Program-made: the position numbers and the translations under genes
Assembly (NCBI GenBank): GCA_964587725.1
Contig: CAZPLO010000002.1
Location: 55,597-119,596 of the forward strand
Reading direction: 5' to 3'
Length of the DNA stretch: 64,000 nt
Origin: an uncultured archaeon
GTDB lineage: Archaea; Altiarchaeota; Altiarchaeia; IMC4; SCGC-AAA252-I15
Notes under the pieces: model-generated
What the model was told of the DNA's origin: nothing
Database searches by the model: none
Seen by the model: only the letters and a program-made list of their open reading frames with translations
Part shown: one piece after another, positions 37,989 to 47,615 of the stretch
Position numbering within the stretch: the stretch's first letter is position 1
Layout: each line of letters begins with the position of its first letter

Positions 37989-38014
37989 ATACCTGCCTCA
38001 TCAAATATTCCATC

Positions 38015-39694
38015 ATGCGCGACGTGAAGGACGAGGTTGCCGGAATCCTCGCGGAGGCGGCTGGCTCGGAAGTCACGGTGGACGACGTTAGGGAGTCTCC
38101 GGTGGCGGACTACGGAAGTCCCGTAGCGTACCGCCTCGCCAGCGAACTCAAGAAAAAACCGCAGGACATAGCCGCCGACATAGCCTCGAAGGTGAAGCCG
38201 TCGGACCTGGTGAAGTCCGCTTCGGCCGACGGCGGCTACGTCAACTTCACCCTCGACTACGGCGCGCTGACGGAGAAGCTGCTGTCAGAGACCCGGGAAA
38301 CACAATCCAGGAAGGAAAAGGTCATACTAGAGCACACGTCGGTGAACCCGTCGGGTCCGGTGCACGTTGGGAGGATGCGGAACACGGTCATAGGCGACAG
38401 CCTGCGCAGAATCCTCGAACACGTTGGATACGAAGTGGAAACCCATTACTACGTCAACGACCTGGGGAAGCAGATCGCGATAATAGCGGCGGGATTCGAC
38501 GAGGGTGTGGAACCCAGCGGGGAGCTGGTGGAAAAATACGAGGCGTACGCGGGCCGCGAAGACTACAGCACATTCTTCACGTACGTGGAAGCCAACCGGC
38601 TTTATGAGGAGGACGAGGGCTTCCAGGAGAAGGTGCAGTCCCTGATTCAGGCGGCGGAGTCCGGCGACGAAAAAGCGTTGGAGAAGATAACGTCTGCTGC
38701 ATCCAGGTGTTTGAAGGGGCAGATGAAGACCTTCGGCCGCCTTCACGTGCGGTTCGACGTCTTCGACCTGGAAAGCTCTGACTTACGTGACGGTGGAGTC
38801 GACAGAGTATTGGAGGCTGCGAGGGAACACCCCCTCTCCAAAAAAACCGACTTCGGCGAAGGCCTGGACCTGAGCGGTCAAGGCATCGAGAAACGCGGGG
38901 GCATGTCGGTGCTGGCGCGCGCCGACGGAACCAGCGTGTATCTGGCTCGGGACATCGCATACCACCTGAGGAAGATTAAGCTGGGGGACCGCATAATCAA
39001 CGTCTTGGGTGAAGACCATAAGCTGGAGTTCAAGGAGCTCACCACCATACTGTCGGAGGTGTTCGGCGTGGAGAAGCCGCTGGAGGTCGTGCACTTCAGC
39101 TTCGTCAGCTTCGAGGGCTTGAAGTTCTCCACCCGCAGGGGGGAGATTGCGGCGGTCGACGAGCTGTTGGACGAGGCGGTGGAAAAAGCGCGCGAGGAAG
39201 TTGAGAAGCGAAAACTCGGAGACGAGTCCACGCCTCCGATTGTGGGTGTGGGTGCGGTGAAATTCCACATAGTGAAGACCACACCCAACAAGCAGATAAC
39301 GTTCCGTTGGGATGACGCACTCAGCTTTGAAGGCGAGTCCGCCCCGTACATACAGTACGCGCACGCCCGCAGCTGCAGGATACTGGAGAAGGCCGGCCGC
39401 GGTTCCAGTGAAGTCGACTACGTCGTCGAAGACAAGCATGAGAGAGCTTTGGTGCGGAAGCTGCTGGAGTTCGAAGATGTGGTGGAGGACGCAGCCCGCC
39501 AGCTCCGCCCCGACTTGGTCGCCACCTACCTGATTGAGTTGACCGGCGCATACGGCCGCTTCTACATGAACTGTCCGGTCCTGGATTCCAAGGGCGGAGT
39601 TCGGGGGAGGCGGCTGAAGCTGGTGGAGAAACTAAGGGACACCGTGAAAACAGGACTGGGTTTGCTGGGGATAGAGGCTCCGGAGAGGATGTAG
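38015..39694 (+). CDS. argS: Arginyl-tRNA synthetase
   Basis: EHTSVNPSGPVHVGR (HIGH), YYVND, KFSTRRG, YIQYAHAR, ERM terminus; start at MRDVK. Confidence 0.96.
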   Translation: MRDVKDEVAGILAEAAGSEVTVDDVRESPVADYGSPVAYRLASELKKKPQDIAADIASKVKPSDLVKSASADGGYVNFTLDYGALTEKLLSETRETQSRKEKVILEHTSVNPSGPVHVGRMRNTVIGDSLRRILEHVGYEVETHYYVNDLGKQIAIIAAGFDEGVEPSGELVEKYEAYAGREDYSTFFTYVEANRLYEEDEGFQEKVQSLIQAAESGDEKALEKITSAASRCLKGQMKTFGRLHVRFDVFDLESSDLRDGGVDRVLEAAREHPLSKKTDFGEGLDLSGQGIEKRGGMSVLARADGTSVYLARDIAYHLRKIKLGDRIINVLGEDHKLEFKELTTILSEVFGVEKPLEVVHFSFVSFEGLKFSTRRGEIAAVDELLDEAVEKAREEVEKRKLGDESTPPIVGVGAVKFHIVKTTPNKQITFRWDDALSFEGESAPYIQYAHARSCRILEKAGRGSSEVDYVVEDKHERALVRKLLEFEDVVEDAARQLRPDLVATYLIELTGAYGRFYMNCPVLDSKGGVRGRRLKLVEKLRDTVKTGLGLLGIEAPERM

Positions 39695-39724
39695 CTTATT
39701 TCAACACACCCCATATATTACAGT

Positions 39725-40438
39725 ATGTCCAGGCTTAAGCAGCCATCTGACGGCGACAACCTCCTTCCGCCGATGCACATACGCAGGGTTCTCGCCAACA
39801 AGGAGATAGTTGACGCGGGCATCACATACTCTGGTGTCAAACCGGAGGAGCACGACATCCTCGGCGAATCCCTGCTCCGTTACGTAGAAGCCAGGTTTCC
39901 GGAGGAATACCGTAGGGAGCACCTGGGCGACGCTGACCGGCCGTTCTCATTCCACATCGGCCCCGGAAGAAGCTCCCTGCCGCGCATCGACGCGTTATGC
40001 GGGTGCGAAGTCATAGTGTCCGAACCCGACCTCAAGGCGTTGGGCGTTCAGGACAGGCTGCGTCGTTCCGCCGAGCCTGAAATAGCTTCCGCATGCGGGC
40101 ACATGTTCCTGTTCCCCGAGCGGGCGGCCGGCATACTCATGCGCTATGACTCCCGCATAGACCACCTCACCGCAAGGAACGTCTTCGACAGACACCCTAT
40201 GCCGGAGGTCGCTGACATGATACTTAATGCGGTGAAGCACGGCGGCACCGTGTTGGTGGACTCCGAGCACGGGCGGAGCGGTTTCACGGGCACGCGCTCC
40301 ACAGGCGGGGAGCGCACGCTGTTGAACGCGGCGGAACGAAACCCCCGCGTGCGGCTGGAGGAGCAGGCCGAGCTGGCGATACCAACCGGATTCAACGTGC
40401 CGCGCGACTGCAAACTATTCAAGGTAATAAAGGATTGA
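39725..40438 (+). CDS. Hypothetical protein, degenerate class I methyltransferase-like
   Basis: FHIGPG (motif I-like), VIVSEPD, RNVFD, VKHGGTVLV. Confidence 0.5.
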   Translation: MSRLKQPSDGDNLLPPMHIRRVLANKEIVDAGITYSGVKPEEHDILGESLLRYVEARFPEEYRREHLGDADRPFSFHIGPGRSSLPRIDALCGCEVIVSEPDLKALGVQDRLRRSAEPEIASACGHMFLFPERAAGILMRYDSRIDHLTARNVFDRHPMPEVADMILNAVKHGGTVLVDSEHGRSGFTGTRSTGGERTLLNAAERNPRVRLEEQAELAIPTGFNVPRDCKLFKVIKD

Positions 40439-40453
40439 ATTTAATCTTCTCTT

Positions 40454-41080
40454 ATGCGTTCAACACTCCTGATCGTATTTGTGCTGTTGTGCGGGTGCGT
40501 GGAGGAGAAGGCTCCGGTGGAAGCTGTTGAGGTTCCGCCGGATGTGCACTTCAGCGAAGACTTCAGCTCCGGCCTGGACGGTTGGAGCATCAGTTCGCAG
40601 GGCGGCGGGAGCATGACCGTATCCAGTCACGAGGCTTTGGGTGTGGACGCCGCTGTGGAGATGCGGAGCCCCATGTTCCGTTCCGTCACCGCGGAGGCCC
40701 CCGCATTCGACCTCGACTATGACAGCGACTACGCTGTTTCCTTCGATTTGATGCTGCCGCACCGTGAAAACTACGGCTTCACGGTGTTCCAGAACCGTCA
40801 GGTGAAGCTGGTGCTTGAACACGGCACCGGCATAGCGTGTTTGGACGGCGACGAAGTGGACTTCCTCGGCCGGTTCAGCAACAACGAGTGGCACACCATC
40901 TCCTTGAAGGTTCAGCCGGAGTGGAGTGAATACGACGTCTACCTGGACGGGGAGCTGAAGAAAACATGCGACTTCCACGACAGCGACGTCGAAACCTTCC
41001 TGTTCGGCGACCCGGACCCCACCGACAAAGTATACGGCGACGGCTTCTGGGACAACTTCAAGGTAACCGACAGGTTATAA
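40454..41080 (+). CDS. Lipoprotein with probable ConA/LamG-like beta-sandwich
   Basis: LLCGC lipobox; FSEDF, NEWHTI, YDVYLDG, WDNFKV. Confidence 0.65.
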   Translation: MRSTLLIVFVLLCGCVEEKAPVEAVEVPPDVHFSEDFSSGLDGWSISSQGGGSMTVSSHEALGVDAAVEMRSPMFRSVTAEAPAFDLDYDSDYAVSFDLMLPHRENYGFTVFQNRQVKLVLEHGTGIACLDGDEVDFLGRFSNNEWHTISLKVQPEWSEYDVYLDGELKKTCDFHDSDVETFLFGDPDPTDKVYGDGFWDNFKVTDRL

Positions 41081-41105
41081 AACCTCCCTTCCCCTATTGT
41101 TTACG

Positions 41106-41489
41106 ATGGCTGACAAGAAGCACGGCATCCGACCCGTCGGAAAACACCGTAAAATCCACGTGCGGGAGGAATGCGAGAAATGCGGCCGCTTCGAATGTGT
41201 TTCAGTGTACGAGGACCAGGTGGAGGGCGCCGACTTCAAAGTCTCCTTCTACGAGTGCCCTGAGTGTCGTAAAACATTCTGCGACATCTGCGTAGCGGAC
41301 CAGGGGGGCGACCACATAGAATGCCCGTTCTGCCATCGACTGAAACCTGAAAAAGTTAAGCCGTTCGACATCTACGTCTGCGGAGTCTGCTTCGAGGAAT
41401 GGTGGCGTGAAGGCGGATTCTGCCACGAATGCAAGTACCACCCTGCACCAGAACCGTCCCCTCCACACTACAAGGGGCCGGAGGAGTAA
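41106..41489 (+). CDS. Cys-rich multi-zinc-finger protein (C4C4 RING-like)
   Basis: Six CxxC pairs; start MADKKH. Confidence 0.7.
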   Translation: MADKKHGIRPVGKHRKIHVREECEKCGRFECVSVYEDQVEGADFKVSFYECPECRKTFCDICVADQGGDHIECPFCHRLKPEKVKPFDIYVCGVCFEEWWREGGFCHECKYHPAPEPSPPHYKGPEE

Positions 41490-41497
41490 TAACGCGT

Positions 41498-41884
41498 TCA
41501 CAGCCTCTTCTGTTCCCCGACTACTGTGTCGAAGCTGAGGCAGTCGTCTGTTTGTTTGATGGTGTATGTGTTTTTCTTCAATAGGTCGTCTATCCGGTAG
41601 AAGCGAGGGTGTTTGCGGTAGAAGCGTATGGCGATGTAGCCTGTGCCGCCGGAGACGCGTGTGAACTCCGCAAGCTGCTGTATGGCTGTCTTCAGACTCA
41701 GCCTGTCCTTCTTCGTCGTCTTGCACTCGACCACAATCACTTTACCGTCTTTGACGGCGACGACGTCTGGCACCGGCTCCTTTCGGGTGCCGCTGCCCGC
41801 CGCCCTTACAGCAGCCCAACCCCTGCTCCAGAACATCGAAACAAGCTTTCGTTCGAAGTCCGCGCCGCGGCTGTAGATGCTCAT
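41498..41884 (-). CDS. hjc: Holliday junction resolvase Hjc
   Basis: G..FER.L, RAAGSG, PDVVA, VECK. Confidence 0.93.
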   Translation of the reverse strand: MSIYSRGADFERKLVSMFWSRGWAAVRAAGSGTRKEPVPDVVAVKDGKVIVVECKTTKKDRLSLKTAIQQLAEFTRVSGGTGYIAIRFYRKHPRFYRIDDLLKKNTYTIKQTDDCLSFDTVVGEQKRL

Positions 41885-41920
41885 GCGACTTAATTATTTG
41901 TCTTACCCCTTATTTTATTG

Positions 41921-43480
41921 ATGAAACAGCATTCTGCGGAAAAAGGCCATCTGGAGGGGCCGTTGAATCCTCATGAAGGCCTCCTTGACCCTATGCCCTC
42001 CACGGCCGCCAACGTTCCTGAAAACATATTCGGGCGGGTGGTGGATAGGGGGGGTGGGTGTGTCTTCACAGAGTCTGGGGCTATACTGGTTCCGGCCAGA
42101 ACCGTATTGGCTGCTGAAGGACGGGACAGGGGATTGCTTAAATCGTATCTCGGCTGGGATCCGGCAGTCATCCGCGACATGGTTCAGTTCCCGCCGGACC
42201 CTCTTCAGATCACCCAGCGTTACCTGACAGAAGACCCTCATGGGCTGAGGGTGCTGCCGCAGCAGCTGCGCTCAATGTCCGTCGGCGTTGAGGCGGCGGA
42301 CGGCTCCGTGAAACGGCTCTACACCAAAGGCAACATGATAGCGTTGTCCCGGGATATGCTGAAGGGGATGCAGGAGAAGGTTTTCGTGCGTAAAATATCC
42401 GGCGGCCAGTTAGGTGAACGCGCGGTAAAACAGTTCCAAAACGCAGCGACGATACAGGAAATAGCTTATGATGTCCTTGGCAGGCCAACCTACGCGCCCA
42501 TCCCCCTGCAGGTGGTTGAATACGACAGAGTGTACGTTCCCGGCGCAGGGTTGACGGGCCTGGTCGAGTTCTTCGGGAAGGGCGAGCACATGTCACACCA
42601 GGCGCATGAATTCCTTAAGACTTGGGTGAGGGGGAAATTCCGCTTCGACGAACAGTGCAGGGGCGTCAGAGACGCGTTCAGGAAACAGGGGATGTCCGAC
42701 GAAGACGTGGCATCCGACCCCGCCGCATTGGGTGAGGCTTATGTCCGGATGACCCGGCCTGCAGTGTTCAACTACCTGGCTGGAGCAGACATGCGTGTGG
42801 GCCACGTGCACTCCGACCTTAACACGCCCGCCGCGGTTCTGAGGGTGATTGGCGCCGAAGTAACTCCTGAAAGCTCTAGGGATGTGGTTGAGAAAGCGTT
42901 ATCCTACATCTTCAACGTGCACGGTCTTGACCCGGCACTGCCAGGCGAACCCGATGTCTTCACCGACTCCGGAAGATTCAACCCCCCGGCTTACATGGAC
43001 GCCTTCAGGTCCGGGAACAGCCAGTCGCTGGCCAACGTTGTTGAGAGTTTCTGCGCGAGGCATGGTGAGGTGGTGGGTTTATGCCATGGCGCGGGGTACG
43101 AGTTGGGTGCCGCGTTCGTGAAAACGAACACGGGCGGGGCGACGGCCGCCCGCAACGTCGCCGTCGACGGCTCCATAATGGATTTGGACCCGATATCCCA
43201 TGAACGTGATTTCGTAGGATCTGAAAGTCCCATCACCGGCGAGCATGTTTCATCGTTAAGCGCGAAGTCGGCTGACATACGGTTTTCTGTGGATTCCATA
43301 CGGACGTTCGCCTCCATGTTGGGTGTGTCGGATGCTTCCGCACACGCGTTGTCTGTGGCCGCTGACTCCTACGAAAAACACTATGTGCTGGCTGCAGAGA
43401 AATACGCGGGCCTCGGCAGAAGCCAGTACGGTGACGAACTCAGTTATCTAGTTGAGAAATTACGGTCTGGAAAGAATTAA
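41921..43480 (+). CDS. Hypothetical protein (ORFan; possible kinase-like fold)
   Basis: ~520-aa ORF filling the space between hjc and nadA; no family recognised. Confidence 0.6.
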   Translation: MKQHSAEKGHLEGPLNPHEGLLDPMPSTAANVPENIFGRVVDRGGGCVFTESGAILVPARTVLAAEGRDRGLLKSYLGWDPAVIRDMVQFPPDPLQITQRYLTEDPHGLRVLPQQLRSMSVGVEAADGSVKRLYTKGNMIALSRDMLKGMQEKVFVRKISGGQLGERAVKQFQNAATIQEIAYDVLGRPTYAPIPLQVVEYDRVYVPGAGLTGLVEFFGKGEHMSHQAHEFLKTWVRGKFRFDEQCRGVRDAFRKQGMSDEDVASDPAALGEAYVRMTRPAVFNYLAGADMRVGHVHSDLNTPAAVLRVIGAEVTPESSRDVVEKALSYIFNVHGLDPALPGEPDVFTDSGRFNPPAYMDAFRSGNSQSLANVVESFCARHGEVVGLCHGAGYELGAAFVKTNTGGATAARNVAVDGSIMDLDPISHERDFVGSESPITGEHVSSLSAKSADIRFSVDSIRTFASMLGVSDASAHALSVAADSYEKHYVLAAEKYAGLGRSQYGDELSYLVEKLRSGKN

Positions 43481-43481
43481 C

Positions 43482-44396
43482 TTATTTGATGTCCAGCATC
43501 CGCTGTATTGCGTCCCTCGCCTTCCCAGCGATGTCTTCTGGTACGGTGACTTCATACTGCATTTTGTCGAGGGCGTCGTACACGTGCTGGAGGGTTATCT
43601 TCTTCATGTTCTGGCATATGGCTGTTTCGCAGGCTGGGTAGAATTTCTTCCCGGACGTCTCCTTCTCCATGCGGTGTATCATCCCCGGCTCCGTGCCTAT
43701 GATGAACTCCTGGTGGTCTGTTTCCTTAACGTATTTTAGCATCTGACTGGTGCTGCCCACGTGGTCCGATATCGCCTGCACTTCAGGAGGCACTTCCGGG
43801 TGAACGGTCACCAGCGCGTCGGGGTGTTCTTTCTTGGCTTTTTCAACATCCTCCAAACGTATTTTGTTGTGGACGACGCACACACCCTTCTCCGGCACCA
43901 TGATGAGTTTCTTGCTGGTCTGCTGTTGCACATAGTGTCCGAGGTGGCGGTCCGGCGCGAACAATATGGTGTCGGAGTCCATGGCCTCCACCACCTTCAA
44001 CGCATTGGATGAAGTGCATACGCAGTCCGCATAGGCTTTTGCTGCGGCGTGGGTGTTGATGTACATCACCACCTCCGCCTGTGGGTGCTCTTCCCTGGCT
44101 TTCTTAATTGTCTCCGGCGGGAGCAGAGCCGCCATGGGACACTGTGCCGTGTGCTCTGGCAGCAGCACAGTCTTGCCGGGGTTCACGATGGCTGCGGTCT
44201 CCGCCATGAAGTCGACTCCGCAGAACACTATCACGTCTGCTTTGGTTTCACCGGCCTTCCGCGACAGCCCCAGACTGTCTCCGAGGAAGTCGCCTATGTC
44301 CTGAACCTCCCCCCGCTGGTAGTTGTGGGCGAGTATGACTGCGTTACGCCCCTCCTTCAGCTCCTTTATGGCATCTACCAGCTCCTCGTTGTCCAC
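43482..44396 (-). CDS. nadA: Quinolinate synthase
   Basis: LAHNYQ, GDSL, CGVDFMAE, CPMA, CTSSNA, HPE, CQNMK. Confidence 0.96.
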   Translation of the reverse strand: MDNEELVDAIKELKEGRNAVILAHNYQRGEVQDIGDFLGDSLGLSRKAGETKADVIVFCGVDFMAETAAIVNPGKTVLLPEHTAQCPMAALLPPETIKKAREEHPQAEVVMYINTHAAAKAYADCVCTSSNALKVVEAMDSDTILFAPDRHLGHYVQQQTSKKLIMVPEKGVCVVHNKIRLEDVEKAKKEHPDALVTVHPEVPPEVQAISDHVGSTSQMLKYVKETDHQEFIIGTEPGMIHRMEKETSGKKFYPACETAICQNMKKITLQHVYDALDKMQYEVTVPEDIAGKARDAIQRMLDIK

Positions 44397-44431
44397 GGTC
44401 TTATTATATGCTCCACATACTATAAATTGTC

Positions 44432-44944
44432 ATGAAAGTCCTCGTGGGCGTGTGCGGCAGCGTAGCCGCCGTCAGAACGCCGGAACTGGTCCGTGAGCTG
44501 GTCAGACGAGGCCATACGGTGGAGTGCGTGATGTCCGAGGCCGCGCACCAGATAATCCACCCGTATGTGCTGGAGTGGGCGAGCGAGAAGAAGGTGGTTA
44601 CGCGGCTGACGGGGATGATAGAGCACGTGCGGCTGCTGGGCATCGGAGGTGAAGCGGACGTGCTGCTGATATGCCCCGCCACGTCCAACACCATAGGCAA
44701 GATAGCTAATGGAATAGACGACACGCCGGTGACCACGATGGCCGCCACCGCGTTAGGCTCCGGCAAAAAAGTGATAATAGTGCCTGCGATGCACTGGAGC
44801 ATGTACGACAACCCGTTCGTGAAGGAAAACATCGAAAAACTGAAGAAGGCGGGTGTAGTATTCGTCGGCCCCCGCAGGGAAGAGAGCAAAGCGAAGATAG
44901 CCGACGAGGAAGAGATAATCGAAGCAGTGGAGGCGCTGAAGTGA
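44432..44944 (+). CDS. coaC: Stand-alone phosphopantothenoylcysteine decarboxylase-like flavoprotein (N-half of archaeal CoaBC)
   Basis: GSVAA, EHV, PATSNTIGKIANGIDD, PAMH..MY. Confidence 0.8.
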   Translation: MKVLVGVCGSVAAVRTPELVRELVRRGHTVECVMSEAAHQIIHPYVLEWASEKKVVTRLTGMIEHVRLLGIGGEADVLLICPATSNTIGKIANGIDDTPVTTMAATALGSGKKVIIVPAMHWSMYDNPFVKENIEKLKKAGVVFVGPRREESKAKIADEEEIIEAVEALK

Positions 44945-45540
44945 CGTTGACGCTGGAGCAGGGCGGGGATCTGGTGAAATACGCCCGCGCCGTAATCGAA
45001 GGATACTTCACCAGCGGGAAGCCGGAGCCGCCCGGCAGCCTCCGTGAAGTGTTCGCGGAGAAACGCGGGGTGTTCGTGACACTGCATAAGAGCGGGGGCC
45101 TCCGCGGATGCATCGGACTGCCGGAGCCCACCCATCCTTTGGGTTTGGCGGTGGAGAAGGCTGCATTGTCCGCTGCGTTGGAGGATCCACGGTTCCCGGA
45201 CGTCAAACAAGATGAATTAGACGACATAGTGGTGGAGGTGTCGGTGCTCACCCACCCGAAGCTGGTGGAGGTCGGCGACCCCAAGGAATACATGGAGAAC
45301 GTTTGTGTAGGCAGGGACGGACTGATTGCTGAGAAGGACTGGGCTCGCGGTCTGCTGCTCCCGCAGGTCCCGGGCGAGTGGGGATGGGACAGCGAGGATT
45401 TCATATGCCACACCTGCAGCAAAGCCGGCCTCCCTTCGACGGCGTGGCTCGACAAAGGTTTCAGGTTATACAGTTTTCAGGCGCAGGTGTTCAGCGAGGA
45501 AAGCCCCCGCGGCGAAGTGGTTGAGAAACGGCTCACCTGA
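44941..45540 (+). CDS. AMMECR1-domain protein (TIGR00296)
   Basis: GVFVTL, LRGCIG, DPRF, GLLLPQV, KAG. Confidence 0.93.
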   Translation: MTLTLEQGGDLVKYARAVIEGYFTSGKPEPPGSLREVFAEKRGVFVTLHKSGGLRGCIGLPEPTHPLGLAVEKAALSAALEDPRFPDVKQDELDDIVVEVSVLTHPKLVEVGDPKEYMENVCVGRDGLIAEKDWARGLLLPQVPGEWGWDSEDFICHTCSKAGLPSTAWLDKGFRLYSFQAQVFSEESPRGEVVEKRLT

Positions 45541-46186
45541 CTTCTACCACGGCTTTGTCGCCGTCCCGGATATTGTGTTTGCGGCGGAGGTTGTGTCCGG
45601 CTATCAACTCCAGCTCATTCTGATGGTGTGTCCGCTCCGGGACTATGGCGTAGCAGTCCAGGGTTTTTCCCCGGACCTTCAACGCCACGGCAGTCAGCTG
45701 TATGCCTCCGAAGCTCCGCCCCCCGGAGGTGAAGGATTCGATGTCCACGGTCTCGCATGCGGTGAGTTCCGGCCGCCCCTCTTCGAAGCTCACGTTCAAC
45801 GTCCCATAGTAGGGGTGGTAGCCGACCGCATCCTTTATCCTGTCCGCGTACTCCTTCACGTAGTATGCGCCCTCCCCGATGCCGGACACGATGACTCCCT
45901 CAAAGGACTGCCTGGCCTTGCCATCCAGCACGCGGTTGAGTTGGGATTGAATGCTCTTCAGCACACCCACGCCCTTCGGGGTGAGCTTCACCTCGAAGCC
46001 TCTTCCGATGCGCCGCCGCGTAATCAGTCCGTCGTCCTCCAACTCTGTTAGGTACCGGGAGGTGGTCTGCTGGGACACGTCGAGCAGCTCGCCCAATTCC
46101 GTTGTCGTTAACGTGGTGGAGTCCGACGGCGACTTCAGCCGCCCCGCCAACGCAATCAACACAGGCTCCAGAGAAACCATACTCAA
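45533..46186 (-). CDS. ribK: CTP-dependent riboflavin kinase with N-terminal wHTH
   Basis: SQQT.SR.L wHTH; G.IVSGIGEG.YY, PYYGTLN, PERTHH, LELIA. Confidence 0.92.
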   Translation of the reverse strand: MSMVSLEPVLIALAGRLKSPSDSTTLTTTELGELLDVSQQTTSRYLTELEDDGLITRRRIGRGFEVKLTPKGVGVLKSIQSQLNRVLDGKARQSFEGVIVSGIGEGAYYVKEYADRIKDAVGYHPYYGTLNVSFEEGRPELTACETVDIESFTSGGRSFGGIQLTAVALKVRGKTLDCYAIVPERTHHQNELELIAGHNLRRKHNIRDGDKAVVEVR

Positions 46187-46221
46187 AAATAAGTAAGACG
46201 GGAATATAAGGTGGAGGGCAT

Positions 46222-47202
46222 CTATATTTCGATGCCCAGTTCCCTCGCTATCTCCTCGTAGCGGTTGCGGATGGTGACTTCCGTGACGCCCGCTAGCCGG
46301 CCGGCGATGCCCTTCTGGGTTTGTTTGTCGTTGGTTATCTTCCCAGCCAGGTATATGGCGGCCGCGGCGACGCCGGTGGGGCCTCTCCCTGATGTGACGC
46401 CCTTCTCCCGCGCCTTCTCCAGTATCTCAATCGCCTTCGCCTCCGTTTCACCCGACAAACCGAGTTCCGAAGCGAACCGGGGGACGTAGTCCATGGGCGT
46501 GGCCACCGGCATCCTCAGCCCCAGACGCCTGCACGCGAACCGGTAGCTTCTGCCGATGTCCTTCTTCTTCACGCCGCTGGCTTCCTCCAGCTCCTCCAGC
46601 GTCTTCGGAAGCTGATGCTTACGGGAAATCAGGTAGATGATTGCAGCCACCACGGACTCGATGCTGCGGCCCCGGACCAAACCCTTGTTGACGGCCTTCC
46701 GGTACCACATCGCGCACTCCTCCTTGATGTTGTTTGGTATGTTGAGGTACGCGCACATCCTGTCCAGCTCAGGCAACGCGATGCTAAGGTTCCTCTGCAC
46801 GCTGTCGCTCATCCTGCTCCTGCGCTGCCACTTCCGCAGACGGTAAAGCTGGGCCTTCCGCTCCGGCTGTATGGCTCCGCCGCGGATGTCGCGGTCGTAA
46901 CGGTCTATCTCTGTTGTAAGTCCCTTGTTGAGTTTCGCGAACTTCACAGGCCCGCCGGTTCTCGCGCGCTTGCTCTTCTGCTCCTCGTCGAACGCCCTCC
47001 ACTCCGGGCCGAAGTCGAACATCCCAGCCTCCAATACAAGGCCGCAGTCCTTGCACACCAGCTCCCCGTGTTTGTAGTCTGTAATAAGATTCGCGCCGCC
47101 GCAGTCCGGGCACCTGACTTCTCCGTCGCCGCCGGACGGTGTCCTGTCCGCAGACGCCTCCTCCGTATCGTCCGACTTTTTCCCGCCCGTTGATTTAACC
47201 AT
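46222..47202 (-). CDS. tfb: Transcription initiation factor IIB
   Basis: CPDC...CKDCG ribbon, GPEWRAF, RLRKWQ, two cyclin repeats, GVTEVTIRNRY. Confidence 0.97.
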   Translation of the reverse strand: MVKSTGGKKSDDTEEASADRTPSGGDGEVRCPDCGGANLITDYKHGELVCKDCGLVLEAGMFDFGPEWRAFDEEQKSKRARTGGPVKFAKLNKGLTTEIDRYDRDIRGGAIQPERKAQLYRLRKWQRRSRMSDSVQRNLSIALPELDRMCAYLNIPNNIKEECAMWYRKAVNKGLVRGRSIESVVAAIIYLISRKHQLPKTLEELEEASGVKKKDIGRSYRFACRRLGLRMPVATPMDYVPRFASELGLSGETEAKAIEILEKAREKGVTSGRGPTGVAAAAIYLAGKITNDKQTQKGIAGRLAGVTEVTIRNRYEEIARELGIEI

Positions 47203-47221
47203 GATGCGTTCCTCCCATTAG

Positions 47222-47434
47222 TTATCTTGAAGTGAGCGTGTCACCCACAGATACGCCCGAACCCGGCTGCGCCTTGACCACCAGGTACGGGTCATCCACC
47301 CTCCCGATTACGTCCGAGACCACGCCCGCCTTCAGCTTACCCCTGTACACCGGGGACCCTATCGCAGGGGGATTAGGGTTCGACTTCACAACCACCTGTT
47401 CCCCCACTATAGAAGCTACTTCTCCGGCAGTCAA
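47222..47434 (-). CDS. gar1: Gar1/Naf1 H/ACA RNP protein
   Basis: P.IGS.V...G.V.DVIG.V..PY..VK; conserved archaeal gar1-tfb adjacency. Confidence 0.8.
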   Translation of the reverse strand: MTAGEVASIVGEQVVVKSNPNPPAIGSPVYRGKLKAGVVSDVIGRVDDPYLVVKAQPGSGVSVGDTLTSR

Positions 47435-47615
47435 TGCAGCACCTGTATAGAATCCACGTCAAATCTTAGGGATAATATACGCAGAAGTCATTTAAATACT
47501 GGTGTACAGGGTGTTCAAGCCCTTAAAGCGATTTACGGGGTGGTTTTGTCCAGGGGATGCCGTCGGCCGGCCCATGCTCTGCCGTATTTATTACGGCCTC
47601 TGCCTATTCTTTAAG

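Noticed and set aside
37931-38014. N-terminal extension of ArgS in the ORF track (MFKLFKISFKQF...)
   Set aside because: It is the AT-rich repeat array read in frame; the protein-like sequence starts at ATG 38015.
47581-47597. GCCGTA-N5-TACGGC hairpin upstream of thyX
   Set aside because: Single 6-bp stem with no second copy; expected by chance.
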